Of a DNA stretch of 64,000 nucleotides, positions 9,855-20,058 are shown piece by piece. The position numbers were made by a program, and so were the translations under genes. How positions within the stretch are numbered: position 1 is the stretch's first letter; every line of letters begins with the position of its first letter. This DNA is from Myxococcales bacterium (GTDB taxonomy: Bacteria > Myxococcota_A > UBA9042 > JABWCM01 > BTVJ01): NCBI GenBank assembly GCA_045863395.1, contig BTVJ01000036.1, forward strand, positions 1-64,000. The letters run 5' to 3'. Under the pieces are notes generated by a model. It was not told the origin of the DNA, ran no database searches, and saw only the letters and a program-made list of their open reading frames with translations.

Positions 9855-11078
9855 CTACCGCCCCCAGGCCCGCCGCCCCTGGGAGGGACGCCGCTGCTGC
9901 CGGGGCGCCGGCGCGCGGACCTCGCCGCGGGGCACCGACGACTCGTAGGGGTGGCCGGAGATCACGCGCACCCGCTGAGAGATCAGGCGCTCGATGTCAC
10001 GCAGGTAGGCCCGCTCCTCGGCGTCGCAGAAGGAGATCGCCATGCCGCTCGCCCCGGCCCGCGCCGTGCGACCGATGCGGTGCACGTAGCTCTCCGGCTC
10101 GTTGGGCAGATCGAAGTTGATCACGTGGCTGATGCCCTCCACGTCGATGCCGCGCGCCGCGATGTCCGTGGCGACCAGCACGCGGGTGCGGCCGGCGCGG
10201 AAGTTCTCGAGTGCCCGCTGCCGCGCGTTCTGCGACTTGTTGCCGTGAATCGCCTCGGCGGACACCGCGCTCCGCTCCAGCGCCCGGGCCACCTTGTCGG
10301 CGCCGTGCTTGGTCCGCGTGAACACGAGCGCCCGCTCGACGCCGGCCTGCTGGAGGATCTCCTGCAGCAGCATGGGCTTGTCCGCCTTCTCCACCATGAG
10401 CACGCGCTGCTCGATGCGCTCGGCCGTCGACGACACGGGCGTCACCTCGACGCGCACCGGGTCCCGCAGGATGCGACCGGCGATGGTCGCCACCTCGTCG
10501 GGCATGGTCGCAGAGAAGAGCAGGGTCTGGCGCTGGTCGGGCACCGCGGCGATCACCCGCCGCACGTCGTGGATGAAGCCCATGTCGAGCATGCGGTCCG
10601 CCTCGTCCAGCACGAACACGGACACCGAGTCCAGACGCACGTGGCCCTGGTTCATCAGGTCGAGCAGGCGGCCGGGGGTGGCGACCAGCACGTCGACGCC
10701 GCGCTGGAGGGCCCGCACCTGGGCCCCCTGGTTCACGCCGCCGTAGATCACGGCGGTGGTGGTGCGCATGTGCGCGCCGTAGGCCCCGAAGCGCTCGGCG
10801 ATCTGGATGGCCAGCTCGCGGGTCGGGGTCAGCACGAGGGTCCGCGCCGACCGGGGCTGCGCCACGGTGCGCGCCTCGACGAGCCGGTGCAGGATGGGCA
10901 GCGCGAACGCGGCGGTCTTGCCGGTGCCGGTCTGCGCGCACCCGAGCAGGTCACGCCCCTCGAGGAGGTGCGGGATGGCCTGGACCTGGATGGGCGTGGG
11001 GGTCTCGTAGCCCTCCTCCGCGACTGCGCGGAGGAGCGCCGGGTGGAGCGAGAGCTCCTGGAACGTCTGAATCTGCAT
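9855..11078 (-). CDS. rhlE: DEAD-box ATP-dependent RNA helicase (RhlE-like)
   Basis: Q motif [55 protein letters not shown]; start moved to MQIQTF at 11078. Confidence 0.93.
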   Translation of the reverse strand: MQIQTFQELSLHPALLRAVAEEGYETPTPIQVQAIPHLLEGRDLLGCAQTGTGKTAAFALPILHRLVEARTVAQPRSARTLVLTPTRELAIQIAERFGAYGAHMRTTTAVIYGGVNQGAQVRALQRGVDVLVATPGRLLDLMNQGHVRLDSVSVFVLDEADRMLDMGFIHDVRRVIAAVPDQRQTLLFSATMPDEVATIAGRILRDPVRVEVTPVSSTAERIEQRVLMVEKADKPMLLQEILQQAGVERALVFTRTKHGADKVARALERSAVSAEAIHGNKSQNARQRALENFRAGRTRVLVATDIAARGIDVEGISHVINFDLPNEPESYVHRIGRTARAGASGMAISFCDAEERAYLRDIERLISQRVRVISGHPYESSVPRGEVRAPAPRQQRRPSQGRRAWGR

Positions 11079-11454
11079 GTACTTCCTGGAGTGGTGTGCC
11101 GGCCGCAAAACGCGGCCACACGAGCTGAGCTCACTGCGCGCGCACGGGCGGCGAGGCTCGAAATCGGGAGGAGCAGGGCCTTGGGAAAAGGCGGCGACCG
11201 CACGAGGTGGGACGCTTGCGCGCTGTCTTCCGGAGCGGGACTCTCATGTCCCGGGGAGCTTCTTGCCTGAGTCGCGGCACGATGTCAAGAAGCGCCATGA
11301 GCTGGGGCCTACCCTGCAGTGCACCTCCTCGGTGTCACCCCCCGGGACCATCACCCAGTCGCAGACATTGCAGATATCGAGATCCACGTATACGTTTGTT
11401 GCAACCGCGCACCCGCTGCACCTCGTCCCCTGCGCGCCGATCGGGAGGAGCACC

Positions 11455-12222
11455 ATGAGGACCGCCGTCGTCGCACTCCTCGCCAGCCTCTCCGCGACCC
11501 TCGGCTCGTGCGAGTCGGATCCGGCATCTCCCGCCACCCCGTGCAACGAGAGCGCGGAGTGCGGGGGCGGCCAGGTCTGCGTCCACGCGGGAACGGGTGA
11601 GGTGCTCGGGTCCCTGGCCCTCAAGGCGGACTGCACCTGCGACTACAACCCGGTGTGCGAGGCAGCCATGAAGTGCAGCTCCGGGAAGTGCTCCTGCGAC
11701 CCGGAGTGCAACCACGGGGAGGCCTGCGGCGCCGACGGCCACTGCGACACCTGGTGCCCGACCGGCGTCGACGCCGACTGCGCCGGGTCGCCTGACGACG
11801 GGAAGTACTGTGCCTCCGAGCCGGCGCCACCGACCTCGTTGGACGCGGGCACCGGAGGTGCCGACGTGACCGGGGCGGGCGCACAGCCGGACCCCGTCCA
11901 GCCGACCTTCGCCGGCACCTGCGCGCCGAGCCCGTCCAGCGCGGCGCCCGGAGTGGGCGGCTCGGGCGGCGACCCGGGTGCGTGCGGGGACCCTGGCGCC
12001 AAGACCAAGGCCTCCTGCAAAGAGGACGGCGAGTGTGGCCCCGTGCTGACCTGCATGAAGCCCTGCCCGAGCTGCGAGAAGACCTGCAACCTCCCCTGCG
12101 GCACCGGAGACGAAGGAGACGCCTTGTGCGCGTCCTATGGAGCCGGGATCTGCCCCGAGAAGACCTGCACCATGTGCTTCCCGGTGTGCAGCAAGCCCCC
12201 CACGCGGTGCACACCCCTCTGA
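11455..12222 (+). CDS. Cysteine-rich lipoprotein, function unknown
   Basis: GGAGGAG RBS; signal MRTAVVALLASLSATLGS-C; two Cys-dense blocks separated by a Pro/Gly/Ala linker. Confidence 0.75.
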   Translation: MRTAVVALLASLSATLGSCESDPASPATPCNESAECGGGQVCVHAGTGEVLGSLALKADCTCDYNPVCEAAMKCSSGKCSCDPECNHGEACGADGHCDTWCPTGVDADCAGSPDDGKYCASEPAPPTSLDAGTGGADVTGAGAQPDPVQPTFAGTCAPSPSSAAPGVGGSGGDPGACGDPGAKTKASCKEDGECGPVLTCMKPCPSCEKTCNLPCGTGDEGDALCASYGAGICPEKTCTMCFPVCSKPPTRCTPL

Positions 12223-12262
12223 ACCGTCCGCACGGAGGACGGCGCGCACTGCGCGGGATCCC

Positions 12263-14098
12263 TCAGCGCCGCGTCCACACCCGCAGCGCCTGCTCCTGCC
12301 CGGATGTGCCCAGCGCGAGGCGGGTCCCGCCGCCATTCAGCGCGACGGACATTCCATAGCCATCGAAGGCGCGGAGCTCGGACATCGTCCCCCCGGGGAG
12401 CGCCCAGATGCGAGCGCGTGCGTCGAGGCACGCGGCGACCAGCTCCCCGAGCGGCGAGAAGGTCACGTCGTTGCAGCCGAGGTCTCCAGCCGCGAACTGG
12501 CGGATCTCCACGAGGTCCGCCGACCACAGACGCACCGGCGTCGGACCGCGGAAGGCCTCCGTCGTCGCGAGGACCGACCCGTCCGCCGACCAGGCCACCG
12601 CCGTGTAGGCGCGGGGCTCCTGGGTCGACGCGCGCCCCTCGTCCTCCCCTGGGTCCCAGGTCCGCAGGACGCCGTCCTCCCCCACCGAGGCGATGCGGGG
12701 GCCCCACGCCACCGACGTCGCGCCGCCGGGGTGGCCGCTCCACGTGCGGAGGAGCGCGCCCGTGGTGGCGTCCCACAGGCGCACCCGCCCGTCGCTCGCC
12801 GACGTCACCACGCGCCCCCCATCGGGCGCCCACGCCACGTCCGTGGCCCCCCCTTCGTGGCCACCGAGCGTGAGGGGAGCGCCACCACCCTCCAGGTTCC
12901 ACAGCACGACCCGGGTGTCGCCCGCCGTCGCGAGGCGCCCCTCCGGCGAGAAGGACACCGAGGACACGGCCCCCCGGTGCGCGGGGATCACGCCCCGGCG
13001 CCGCGGAGACGCCCACACGGTGAGGCCCCCATCCGCGTGCCCGGCGACCACCACGTCGCCCCGGGGCGAGAAGGCGACGGCGCGCACCGCCGCGTGCTGA
13101 CCCCGCGCCGACGCCATCACCGCCCCGTCCGGCCCCCGCAGCTCCAGCCCCCCGTGGATGTCCCCCGTGAGCACCCAGCCCCGCTCGGCGCGCAGCGCAA
13201 TGGTCGCCGGCTGGGCTCCGTTCCAGTCGCGGGAGACAGGTCCCCTCCCCACGCGCGCCTGCTTCGCCACGTCCCAGCGGTCGAGCCCGTCCATGGTCGC
13301 GACGAGCAGCTCGTCCCCGCTCGTCCCCAGAAGCGCCACCGCGGTGACCCCGACCCCGTCGAAGTTCGCCCCTGGCTCGCGCACCGCGACGGTCCCCACC
13401 AGGAGGCCGGTCCCCACGTCCCACACCAGGGCCTCGTCGGCAGCGGCCGCGGCCCGGCGTCCATCCAGGCTCCAGGCCAGGCCGTTCGGGGGCAGGAAGT
13501 ACGCTGACGGGTGCGCTCCCACCCGAGCCGTTGCCAGAGAGAACGCCCGAATCAGCTCCAGGGTACGGGCATCGCGCAGCTCCACGGCGCCGAACTCGTC
13601 TCCGCGGCCCACGAGCAGCCCGCCCGGCCCCCCCGCCAATGCGCGCACACCCTCCCCCCCGGCCACCGAGCGCGGCTCCGCGGAGCCCGCCTCCCACCGG
13701 CGCAGCGACCCGTCCGCCAGACCCACCACCAGACCACCCGAGGCCCAGGCCAGCGCGCCCACGGACCCACCGGGGTTCAGCTCCCGCGCAACGCCCTCGC
13801 GCGCCACCACGGCCAGCTCCCGACCCTCTCCATGAAGCAAAGCGACCGTCCCGTCCGGAGACAGCGCCACCACCGCCCCACTGCACGGCGCCCACTCCCT
13901 CTGCCCACGAAGCTCAAGACCGGGCAGGCTCCACCAGCGCAAGGTCCCGTCCCAGGACGCGCTCACGGCAGCGTCCCCGGCGACGTCGACGGCCGCGATG
14001 GCCGCGTCGTGCCAGGGCGTGCTCCAGAGCGCCCACTCCGCCCGGGCGGTGGCTGGCGCAAGAAGCAGCCACACCGCCACGCACCCGATACGCTTCAT
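12263..14098 (-). CDS. Secreted WD40-repeat beta-propeller protein
   Basis: Signal peptide MKRIGCVAVWLLLAPATARA; repeats such as GHEGGATDVAWAPDGGRVVTSASDGRVRLWD and AHRGAVSSVSFSPEGRLATAGD. Confidence 0.85.
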   Translation of the reverse strand: MKRIGCVAVWLLLAPATARAEWALWSTPWHDAAIAAVDVAGDAAVSASWDGTLRWWSLPGLELRGQREWAPCSGAVVALSPDGTVALLHGEGRELAVVAREGVARELNPGGSVGALAWASGGLVVGLADGSLRRWEAGSAEPRSVAGGEGVRALAGGPGGLLVGRGDEFGAVELRDARTLELIRAFSLATARVGAHPSAYFLPPNGLAWSLDGRRAAAAADEALVWDVGTGLLVGTVAVREPGANFDGVGVTAVALLGTSGDELLVATMDGLDRWDVAKQARVGRGPVSRDWNGAQPATIALRAERGWVLTGDIHGGLELRGPDGAVMASARGQHAAVRAVAFSPRGDVVVAGHADGGLTVWASPRRRGVIPAHRGAVSSVSFSPEGRLATAGDTRVVLWNLEGGGAPLTLGGHEGGATDVAWAPDGGRVVTSASDGRVRLWDATTGALLRTWSGHPGGATSVAWGPRIASVGEDGVLRTWDPGEDEGRASTQEPRAYTAVAWSADGSVLATTEAFRGPTPVRLWSADLVEIRQFAAGDLGCNDVTFSPLGELVAACLDARARIWALPGGTMSELRAFDGYGMSVALNGGGTRLALGTSGQEQALRVWTRR

Positions 14099-14181
14099 AC
14101 GAGCCCCAGGTCGGTGAGCCCCCCGAACGTCCGCAGGCTGCCATCCGTGCGGTTCAAGAGGGGAGGTATCCGCGCCAGACG

Positions 14182-14691
14182 TCAGGTGGACTGGCTGATC
14201 TCGTCGGTGGTCAGGATGGGCGAGGCGTCGATGTCCCCAGCCTCCATGAGGTCCACGACCCGCTGCAGGGCGTCGAGCAGCGCGACGCGCTCGGTCGCAT
14301 CGAGGCGGGACAGCCGTCGCAGGAACGCATCCTGCAGCGGGGTCGGCAGGTGAGTGAAGAGCTCCGCCCCGCGCGGAGTCATGGAGAGGCACACCTTGCG
14401 CCGGTCGCGGGACCGTCGCTCCCGCACGACGAGGCCGTCACGCTCGAGGCGGTCGAGGATCCCGGACACGGTGGCTGGCGAGAGGTGGACCCGCTGGCTG
14501 ACCAGCGCCGGCGTGACCTCATCCTCCTGGGCGTCTCCCACGGCCTTGAGGCAGAGGAGCTGGGGCACGGTGAGACCTACCTCCCGGGACATCATCCGGG
14601 AATGATCGGACACCTTGCGGATGATCCGCCTGATGGAGCGCAGGATCTCATACGAGCTGCCCTCGTCGCGCGGTCCCTCTTCGTGGGTCAC
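14182..14691 (-). CDS. MarR-family transcriptional regulator
   Basis: GLTVPQLLCL, LSPATVSGILDRLERDGLVVRERRSRDRRKVCLSMTPRG; GTG start chosen from an AGGAG RBS (start uncertain). Confidence 0.88.
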   Translation of the reverse strand: MTHEEGPRDEGSSYEILRSIRRIIRKVSDHSRMMSREVGLTVPQLLCLKAVGDAQEDEVTPALVSQRVHLSPATVSGILDRLERDGLVVRERRSRDRRKVCLSMTPRGAELFTHLPTPLQDAFLRRLSRLDATERVALLDALQRVVDLMEAGDIDASPILTTDEISQST

Positions 14692-14795
14692 GGCAGGCAC
14701 TCTCCTTCCACCGGGGTGACGGCGGCGCATGCACACCCGTCAGCGCCGCCCCACAGATCGACGATTCAGAGGGTAGAGGACGCCTCGCGGGGGCG

Positions 14796-15014
14796 TCACG
14801 CGGGCTTCTTGTCCTTCAGACGGCGCTTGTCGAGCTCGAACACCACGTTCCCCTGAGCGATCTCGCGCAGGGCCGTCACGAGCGCCTTGTTCTTGGTGCG
14901 GATGGTGGGGTCCGCTCCCTGCATGAGCTGGCGGGCGCGCCGTGTGGCGAGGTTGACGAGAGCGAACCGGTTGTCCACGTGCTGCAGACAATCCTCGATG
15001 GTGACGCGAGCCAT
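14796..15014 (-). CDS. rpoZ: RNA polymerase omega subunit
   Basis: [10 protein letters not shown]...[16 protein letters not shown]...[20 protein letters not shown]. Confidence 0.95.
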   Translation of the reverse strand: MARVTIEDCLQHVDNRFALVNLATRRARQLMQGADPTIRTKNKALVTALREIAQGNVVFELDKRRLKDKKPA

Positions 15015-15068
15015 GCTTCCTCCTGAGTGGTCTCTGACGGCGCCCGCCGGACGCCGACAAGGCGGCAC

Positions 15069-15098
15069 AATCTAGTGGGCGCGCCGCCTCGGTGTCAA
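15069..15098 (-). promoter_or_regulatory. Putative sigma70 promoter of rpoZ (TTGACA-N18-TAGATT)
   Basis: Perfect -35 and a TAnnnT -10 about 55 bp upstream of the rpoZ ATG. Confidence 0.55.
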
Positions 15099-15280
15099 TG
15101 ACGGGCTGGACCGGGTGCTGAAACCGCCGGGCCCAGCCGTTCTGGAGGCCTGCCCGCCGCGCCCCATCATCTTGATCCCTGTCACTGCGATTGACAGGTC
15201 CGCCCGCCCTCCGCTACACCTGCTCGGGTGTCCGTGGCGGGCGACCGCACACCCTCACAGCCCCGACGGGAGCCAGCGTC

Positions 15281-16210
15281 ATGAAGTGCCGAGCGATCAC
15301 CGCAGCCATCGCCCTCACGGGTGTGATCGCGTGCGGTCCCGATCGGCCGGACCCCGCGGCGCACCCGGACGAGGTGATGAGCACGGCGCGCGGGCGCCGC
15401 CTGGGCGTCGTCCAGCTCGTGCACAGCGAAGGCCACCGGCTGCACGGGACCTCCCGCCTGCTGGTGAGCGCCGCGTTCGTCCGCACGGACGGGCTGGACA
15501 GAGGCACGGTCGCCAGGGTCCTGGGGCTGCCGGACATCCCCGACGCGGCAGACTTCGAGTCGGCCCAGTGCGCCGTCTCGTCTACGTCGGTGTCCGCCTC
15601 CATGGACGAGGCCGGGGGTGCGCCCGCGGTGGAGCTGCTGGACGCCGGCGCGCTGGAGCTTCGCGCCGGCCCCGAGACGATCACCGTCCCGAGCCAGTAC
15701 TTCCCCGACGTGGTCTCCAACATCGCGGGCGTGACCTACGAGGCGACCGTGCGCAGCCGCAGCGCCCTCCCCACCACGAGCCAGGGACTCCGCGCCACCA
15801 TCGCCGCGTCGGGCAGCGTGGACGTCGGGGCCTTCGAGGTGTCGCTCCAGGTCCCCGCGCGCCTGCGCCTCGTCGAGGTGGGCGGGCGCGCCGTGCGCCA
15901 CGGGGTGGTCATGGCCGAGCTGACCGGTGAGCTCGGCCTGAGCTGGGAGCCTCCGAGCCGCGACTCGGACCTGCTGGTCGTGGAGGTCGCGCGCCAGTCC
16001 TTCGGCTCCGTGTCGACCGTCCGGTGCCTCGCCCCCGACAACGGGGCCTTCGCCGTGCCCGGCGAGATGCTCGCGCGCCTCCCACCCTCGGGGCCAGACA
16101 CGACGGACCGCCTGTCCGTCCGGCGCATCATGCTGCAGCCCTTCGATGCACCCGGGCTCCACGAGGGTCTCGCCGTCTACGTCACCGAGGACGCCGTGCT
16201 CCTGCGCTGA
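15281..16210 (+). CDS. Hypothetical lipoprotein (myxobacterial type)
   Basis: Signal MKCRAITAAIALTGVIA-C; beta-rich mature sequence; GC-rich third codon positions. Confidence 0.7.
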   Translation: MKCRAITAAIALTGVIACGPDRPDPAAHPDEVMSTARGRRLGVVQLVHSEGHRLHGTSRLLVSAAFVRTDGLDRGTVARVLGLPDIPDAADFESAQCAVSSTSVSASMDEAGGAPAVELLDAGALELRAGPETITVPSQYFPDVVSNIAGVTYEATVRSRSALPTTSQGLRATIAASGSVDVGAFEVSLQVPARLRLVEVGGRAVRHGVVMAELTGELGLSWEPPSRDSDLLVVEVARQSFGSVSTVRCLAPDNGAFAVPGEMLARLPPSGPDTTDRLSVRRIMLQPFDAPGLHEGLAVYVTEDAVLLR

Positions 16211-16223
16211 CCCGGGGCCCCCC

Positions 16224-17045
16224 TCAGCGCTTCTTGGCCCCACCCTTCAGCAGCTTGGCCAGGAATGGCAGGTTCTTCTCGAGGAAGGACTGGCTCTTGG
16301 TGCCCGTCGGCCGCGCAGGGCCCCCCTTCCCCTCGCGCATGGTGAGCAGCCGCAGCTCTCTCTGGGCCTCCACGTAGTTGGGCTTGACGGCCAGGGCCGC
16401 CTCCAGCGCCGAGCGCGCCTTCGTGCTGTCGCCCATGGCCTTGTAGAACTGGGCCATGTAGTAGTGTGGCCGGGCGTCGTCCTTGTCCAGGCTCCGGGCA
16501 CGCGTCCAGAGGGCCAGGGCCTCGTCCATGCGAGCCTTCTCGGCGAGGGCGTCGTTGTTGAAGACCGCCCACCCGAGGTCGGTCATGATGCCCGCGTCGT
16601 CGGGGGACAGCTTGATGGCCTGCCGCAGGAAGTGCTCCGCCTGGGCATAGCCTCGCATCTGCAGAAGGCGCTGCGCCTTGTGCTGGAAGATCTTGGCCTC
16701 CTCGATGTGTGCCTTGCCGGCCCCTCGGTTCGCCGGGCCGGCCTGGGACTTGCCGCTCTCCGCCGCCTGGACGGCAGCCTGGCGTTTCGCCGGATCCATG
16801 AGGACGGTGTACGCATCGGACACGAACTTGAACAGCTCGCTGGCCCGCGCCTTGGAGTCGGCGTCGAGGCCCGTGCGCCCGATCTTGTCCGGGTGGATCT
16901 GCTTCGCCAGGGCGAAGTACTCCTTCTGGATCGTCGCCGCGTCGGCCTTCGGGGTCAGGCCGAGGACCCCGAAGTAGTCGCGCGCGACCACCCGCCCGTG
17001 GCGCTCGTCGATCAGCTCCCGCAGCTTCTGGTCACTGTCGCTCAT
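16224..17045 (-). CDS. DnaJ-domain/TPR protein
   Basis: DYFGVLGL...YFALAKQIHPDK (HPD motif) followed by TPR-like helices ([31 protein letters not shown]). Confidence 0.85.
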   Translation of the reverse strand: MSDSDQKLRELIDERHGRVVARDYFGVLGLTPKADAATIQKEYFALAKQIHPDKIGRTGLDADSKARASELFKFVSDAYTVLMDPAKRQAAVQAAESGKSQAGPANRGAGKAHIEEAKIFQHKAQRLLQMRGYAQAEHFLRQAIKLSPDDAGIMTDLGWAVFNNDALAEKARMDEALALWTRARSLDKDDARPHYYMAQFYKAMGDSTKARSALEAALAVKPNYVEAQRELRLLTMREGKGGPARPTGTKSQSFLEKNLPFLAKLLKGGAKKR

Positions 17046-17181
17046 GGAGTCCTGGCGCCCCCCGCTGGATTGTGCGCGCCCCCACCGCGCCGAGGGATTG
17101 TAGGAGCGGTTCCGCCCGGGAGCAAGCGCCTTCACCGCGCGGCCTGTGGAAGCGAGGCCTCAGTTGTGGTAGTTCCTCACT

Positions 17182-19080
17182 GTGCTCCACGCGTCCACCG
17201 CTCCCGTGTCCGCCGCGCTGCGCGCCACCCTGGTGGCGGCGCTCTCGCTCGCGGCCTGCGACGCGCCCCCGGTCGAGGCGCCCACCATCGAGCTGCCCTC
17301 CCTGAGCGTCACCGCCTGGTCTCCCGACGTGGTGCTCCCGGGGAGCACCCTGCGACTCCAGGGGGCGGGCTTCCTCCCGCCGGAGACCGCGACGACCGTC
17401 GCCCGGCTCGATGGCACGGTCGGCGGCTCCAAGGTCGTCTGGGAGGGTCCGGCGGCGGTTGCGGGTCCCACGGAGCTGCTCGTGACGGTGGACGACGCCC
17501 TGCTCTCCCGTATCCCCGCCGACGGCCCCCCGCTCGTCGGGACGCTGCGGATCACGAGGACGCTGCTGACCGACGGTTCAGGCTCCTGGTTCGAGGTGCC
17601 GGTGACGATCCACGCCAAGGTGAACCTGCGCCCGGTCGTCAAGGGCCTCGCCCCCGCCGTGCTCTTCCCCGGCGACGCGGTCACGGTGGACGGCGCCGAC
17701 TTCCTGCTCCCCGGGGAGGGCACGAGCGCCGTCGTCTTCACGGGCACGGTGGCCACGGACAACCCGCCGGCCACCCGAACGCTGACGGAGGTCTTCATCC
17801 CCGGGACGACGACCACCCGCACCATGCTCCGCTTCACGCTGACCCCGGACCTCTTCGGCATCCGCCCCGGGCGCATCCAGGGGTCCCTCCGGGTCGTCAA
17901 CGTCGCAAGCTCGGGCGACGCCATGGGGAGCGAGGTGCTCGCCGGGATCGACCGCCCCCTGGAGCGCCCGTACCTGGACGCAGTGACGCCGACCACCGTC
18001 AGCCGCGGCCAGATCCTGCGCTTCGACGGGCGGGGCTTCCTCCCGACGGACGCCGCCTACGAGGCGACGACGCTGCTGCTGGTCGAGGGCACGTTCCGCA
18101 CCAAGGCCGGCAAGAAGGTGACCTTCTCGGGCCTCGACAGCCTCTCCCTGTTCCCGGATCGCGTCACCGCCAACACCTCCATGGACTACGTGCTGCGGGT
18201 CAACATGAACCTCAACGGGGAGCTCCAGGGCCTCGGCCTGACGGCAGGCACACTGGAGGGCACGGTCTCGCCTTGGATCCTCACGGGCTCGGAGAGCGTC
18301 CTGGGCAAGGGCATCCCGATCGCGGTGACCGTGCTCCCACAGAGACAGATAGTGTGGCTCAAGTACCTGCCCGGCTTCTCGGCGAGCCTTGAGCACTTCG
18401 GGCTGCGCGCGGTGGAGCGGCGCATCAAGGACCGGATCCTCGCCGTCTGCGACCGCGACTATGTGGGCGTCAACATCGCCTTCCGCGAGGACAAGCCCAC
18501 CGACTTCGCGGAGTATGGCGTCGTGGAGGTCGGCGGCGCGGACCCCAACAGCGCCGATCTCTTCGGCCTCGACAACACCGAGGGCAAGGACGTCGGCAAC
18601 CTGCGCTTCAACGACGTGATAGGCGGCCTCAACGCGGAGACCGAGACCCAGGGGTACTACGGTTACGGCGGCATCTTCATGGAGTCCTTCCTTGGACTGA
18701 GCCCGACCCTGGGGCACGGGAGCCTGCCCATCCGGGACCCGCGGTTCGACGACCTGTTCGGCGCCTTCATCCCGGAGCTGGGGGGCGAGCCCGTCCAGCC
18801 GTCCGAGGTGCAGGGCGGCCCCCGAGAGGTGCTGGTGGCCGAGGCGGTGCGGGTGCTTGGCAACCTGGTCGGCAACACGATCACCCACGAGGTCGGCCAC
18901 AGCCTGGGGCTGGCCGCCATCGACGGAGAGTTCCACAACGTGGGCGACAACCCGGGCTGGATCATGGACGCAGGCGCCTTCCGCCCCTTCGCCGAGCGGG
19001 CCGAGATCGATGGCCAGGGACCCGGGATCTTCGCCCCCTTCGACCGGGCCTACCTGGAGTCGGTCCTTCCGCAGGAGTAG
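17182..19080 (+). CDS. Lipoprotein with Ig/IPT-like domains and a C-terminal zinc-metallopeptidase motif
   Basis: Lipobox LAAC; three IPT-like segments (xPxxxxPGxxLxxxGxxF); HEVGHSLGL motif with a downstream WIMD (Met-turn-like). Confidence 0.72.
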   Translation: MLHASTAPVSAALRATLVAALSLAACDAPPVEAPTIELPSLSVTAWSPDVVLPGSTLRLQGAGFLPPETATTVARLDGTVGGSKVVWEGPAAVAGPTELLVTVDDALLSRIPADGPPLVGTLRITRTLLTDGSGSWFEVPVTIHAKVNLRPVVKGLAPAVLFPGDAVTVDGADFLLPGEGTSAVVFTGTVATDNPPATRTLTEVFIPGTTTTRTMLRFTLTPDLFGIRPGRIQGSLRVVNVASSGDAMGSEVLAGIDRPLERPYLDAVTPTTVSRGQILRFDGRGFLPTDAAYEATTLLLVEGTFRTKAGKKVTFSGLDSLSLFPDRVTANTSMDYVLRVNMNLNGELQGLGLTAGTLEGTVSPWILTGSESVLGKGIPIAVTVLPQRQIVWLKYLPGFSASLEHFGLRAVERRIKDRILAVCDRDYVGVNIAFREDKPTDFAEYGVVEVGGADPNSADLFGLDNTEGKDVGNLRFNDVIGGLNAETETQGYYGYGGIFMESFLGLSPTLGHGSLPIRDPRFDDLFGAFIPELGGEPVQPSEVQGGPREVLVAEAVRVLGNLVGNTITHEVGHSLGLAAIDGEFHNVGDNPGWIMDAGAFRPFAERAEIDGQGPGIFAPFDRAYLESVLPQE

Positions 19081-19086
19081 GTCTCG

Positions 19087-19611
19087 ATGCTACCGCGGCA
19101 CTCCCTGGCCGTCCTCTCCCTGATCGCTGTCGTGGGCGCCTGCCGCGACGGTCGCAGCGAGCCCCCCCCGCGCAAGGAGGCCGCACCCACCGTCGCACCA
19201 CCGCAGGTGGAGCCAGTGGCCGAGCCCCGCGTGGTGCTCCGAGCACCGGACGGCCGCGAGGTGGCGGTACGCTCCGAGATCGTGGCGACGCCGGCGGAGC
19301 GCCAGCGAGGGCTGATGTACCGCAAGACGCTGGACCCCGACGCGGGCATGCTGTTCCTCATGGGCACGGAGCAGCCCCACCGCTTCTGGATGAAGAACAC
19401 CTACGTACCGCTGGACATGATCTGGATCGGGCGGGACCTGCGGGTGGTGGGAGTCACGGAGAACGCCCGCCCCCTGACCCTGGACCTTCGGGGCATCGAC
19501 GCGCCGTCCACCTACGTCCTGGAGGTGAACGCCCACTTCGCCCGGCGCCACGGGATCACGCCGGACTGGACCGTGGAGCTGCCGCCCGAGGCGCGAGCCA
19601 TAGGGCCTTGA
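19087..19611 (+). CDS. DUF192-family lipoprotein
   Basis: TPAERQRGLMYR...GMLF...FWMKNTYVPLDMIWI...YVLEVN; lipobox VGAC. Confidence 0.9.
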   Translation: MLPRHSLAVLSLIAVVGACRDGRSEPPPRKEAAPTVAPPQVEPVAEPRVVLRAPDGREVAVRSEIVATPAERQRGLMYRKTLDPDAGMLFLMGTEQPHRFWMKNTYVPLDMIWIGRDLRVVGVTENARPLTLDLRGIDAPSTYVLEVNAHFARRHGITPDWTVELPPEARAIGP

Positions 19612-19623
19612 TTTGCAGTGAAA

Positions 19624-19653
19624 TTGACACGACGCGCCACCCTCTTCTATACA
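19624..19653 (+). promoter_or_regulatory. Putative sigma70 promoter of zapA (TTGACA-N18-TATACA)
   Basis: Near-consensus hexamers in a locally AT-rich intergenic patch. Confidence 0.6.
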
Positions 19654-19711
19654 CAACGGGGTGGTGAGTGCCTTGGACTCTCTTGACTTCAATCCCTCCC
19701 GAGGCTGCCGG

Positions 19712-19993
19712 ATGCGCACCGTCGATGTCACCGTCATGGGGCGAACGTTCTCCATCCGCACGGATGAGACCGACGCACACGTCAAGGCCGTGACCGACAC
19801 CGTCAACAAGCGGTTCGAGGAGCTGGGCGGGGGCGCGATGACCTCCCAGAACATACTGATGCTGACGGCGCTCACCCTCGCCGACGAGCTCATCAAGGAG
19901 CGGACCCGCCACAAGGCGTTGAAAGAGGCCGTCCGCCTCCGTGGGAGCGCGCTGGTCAGCCGGATCGAGCAGCGAGGGCAAGGGCAGAGCTGA
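19712..19993 (+). CDS. zapA: Cell division protein ZapA
   Basis: VDVTVMGRTFSIRTDETDAHV...ILMLTALTLADEL plus coiled coil; syntenic with rny. Confidence 0.85.
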   Translation: MRTVDVTVMGRTFSIRTDETDAHVKAVTDTVNKRFEELGGGAMTSQNILMLTALTLADELIKERTRHKALKEAVRLRGSALVSRIEQRGQGQS

Positions 19994-20014
19994 GCCCCCG
20001 CACCTGTGGACTCC

Positions 20015-20040
20015 ACGGGCGTGATGAGCGCCCGTTTGTG
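20015..20040 (+). terminator. Possible weak intrinsic terminator after zapA
   Basis: Hairpin ACGGGCG-TGATGAG-CGCCCGT followed by only a short T-rich run. Confidence 0.3.
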
Positions 20041-20058
20041 CTATTGCCTGGCTGCCCG

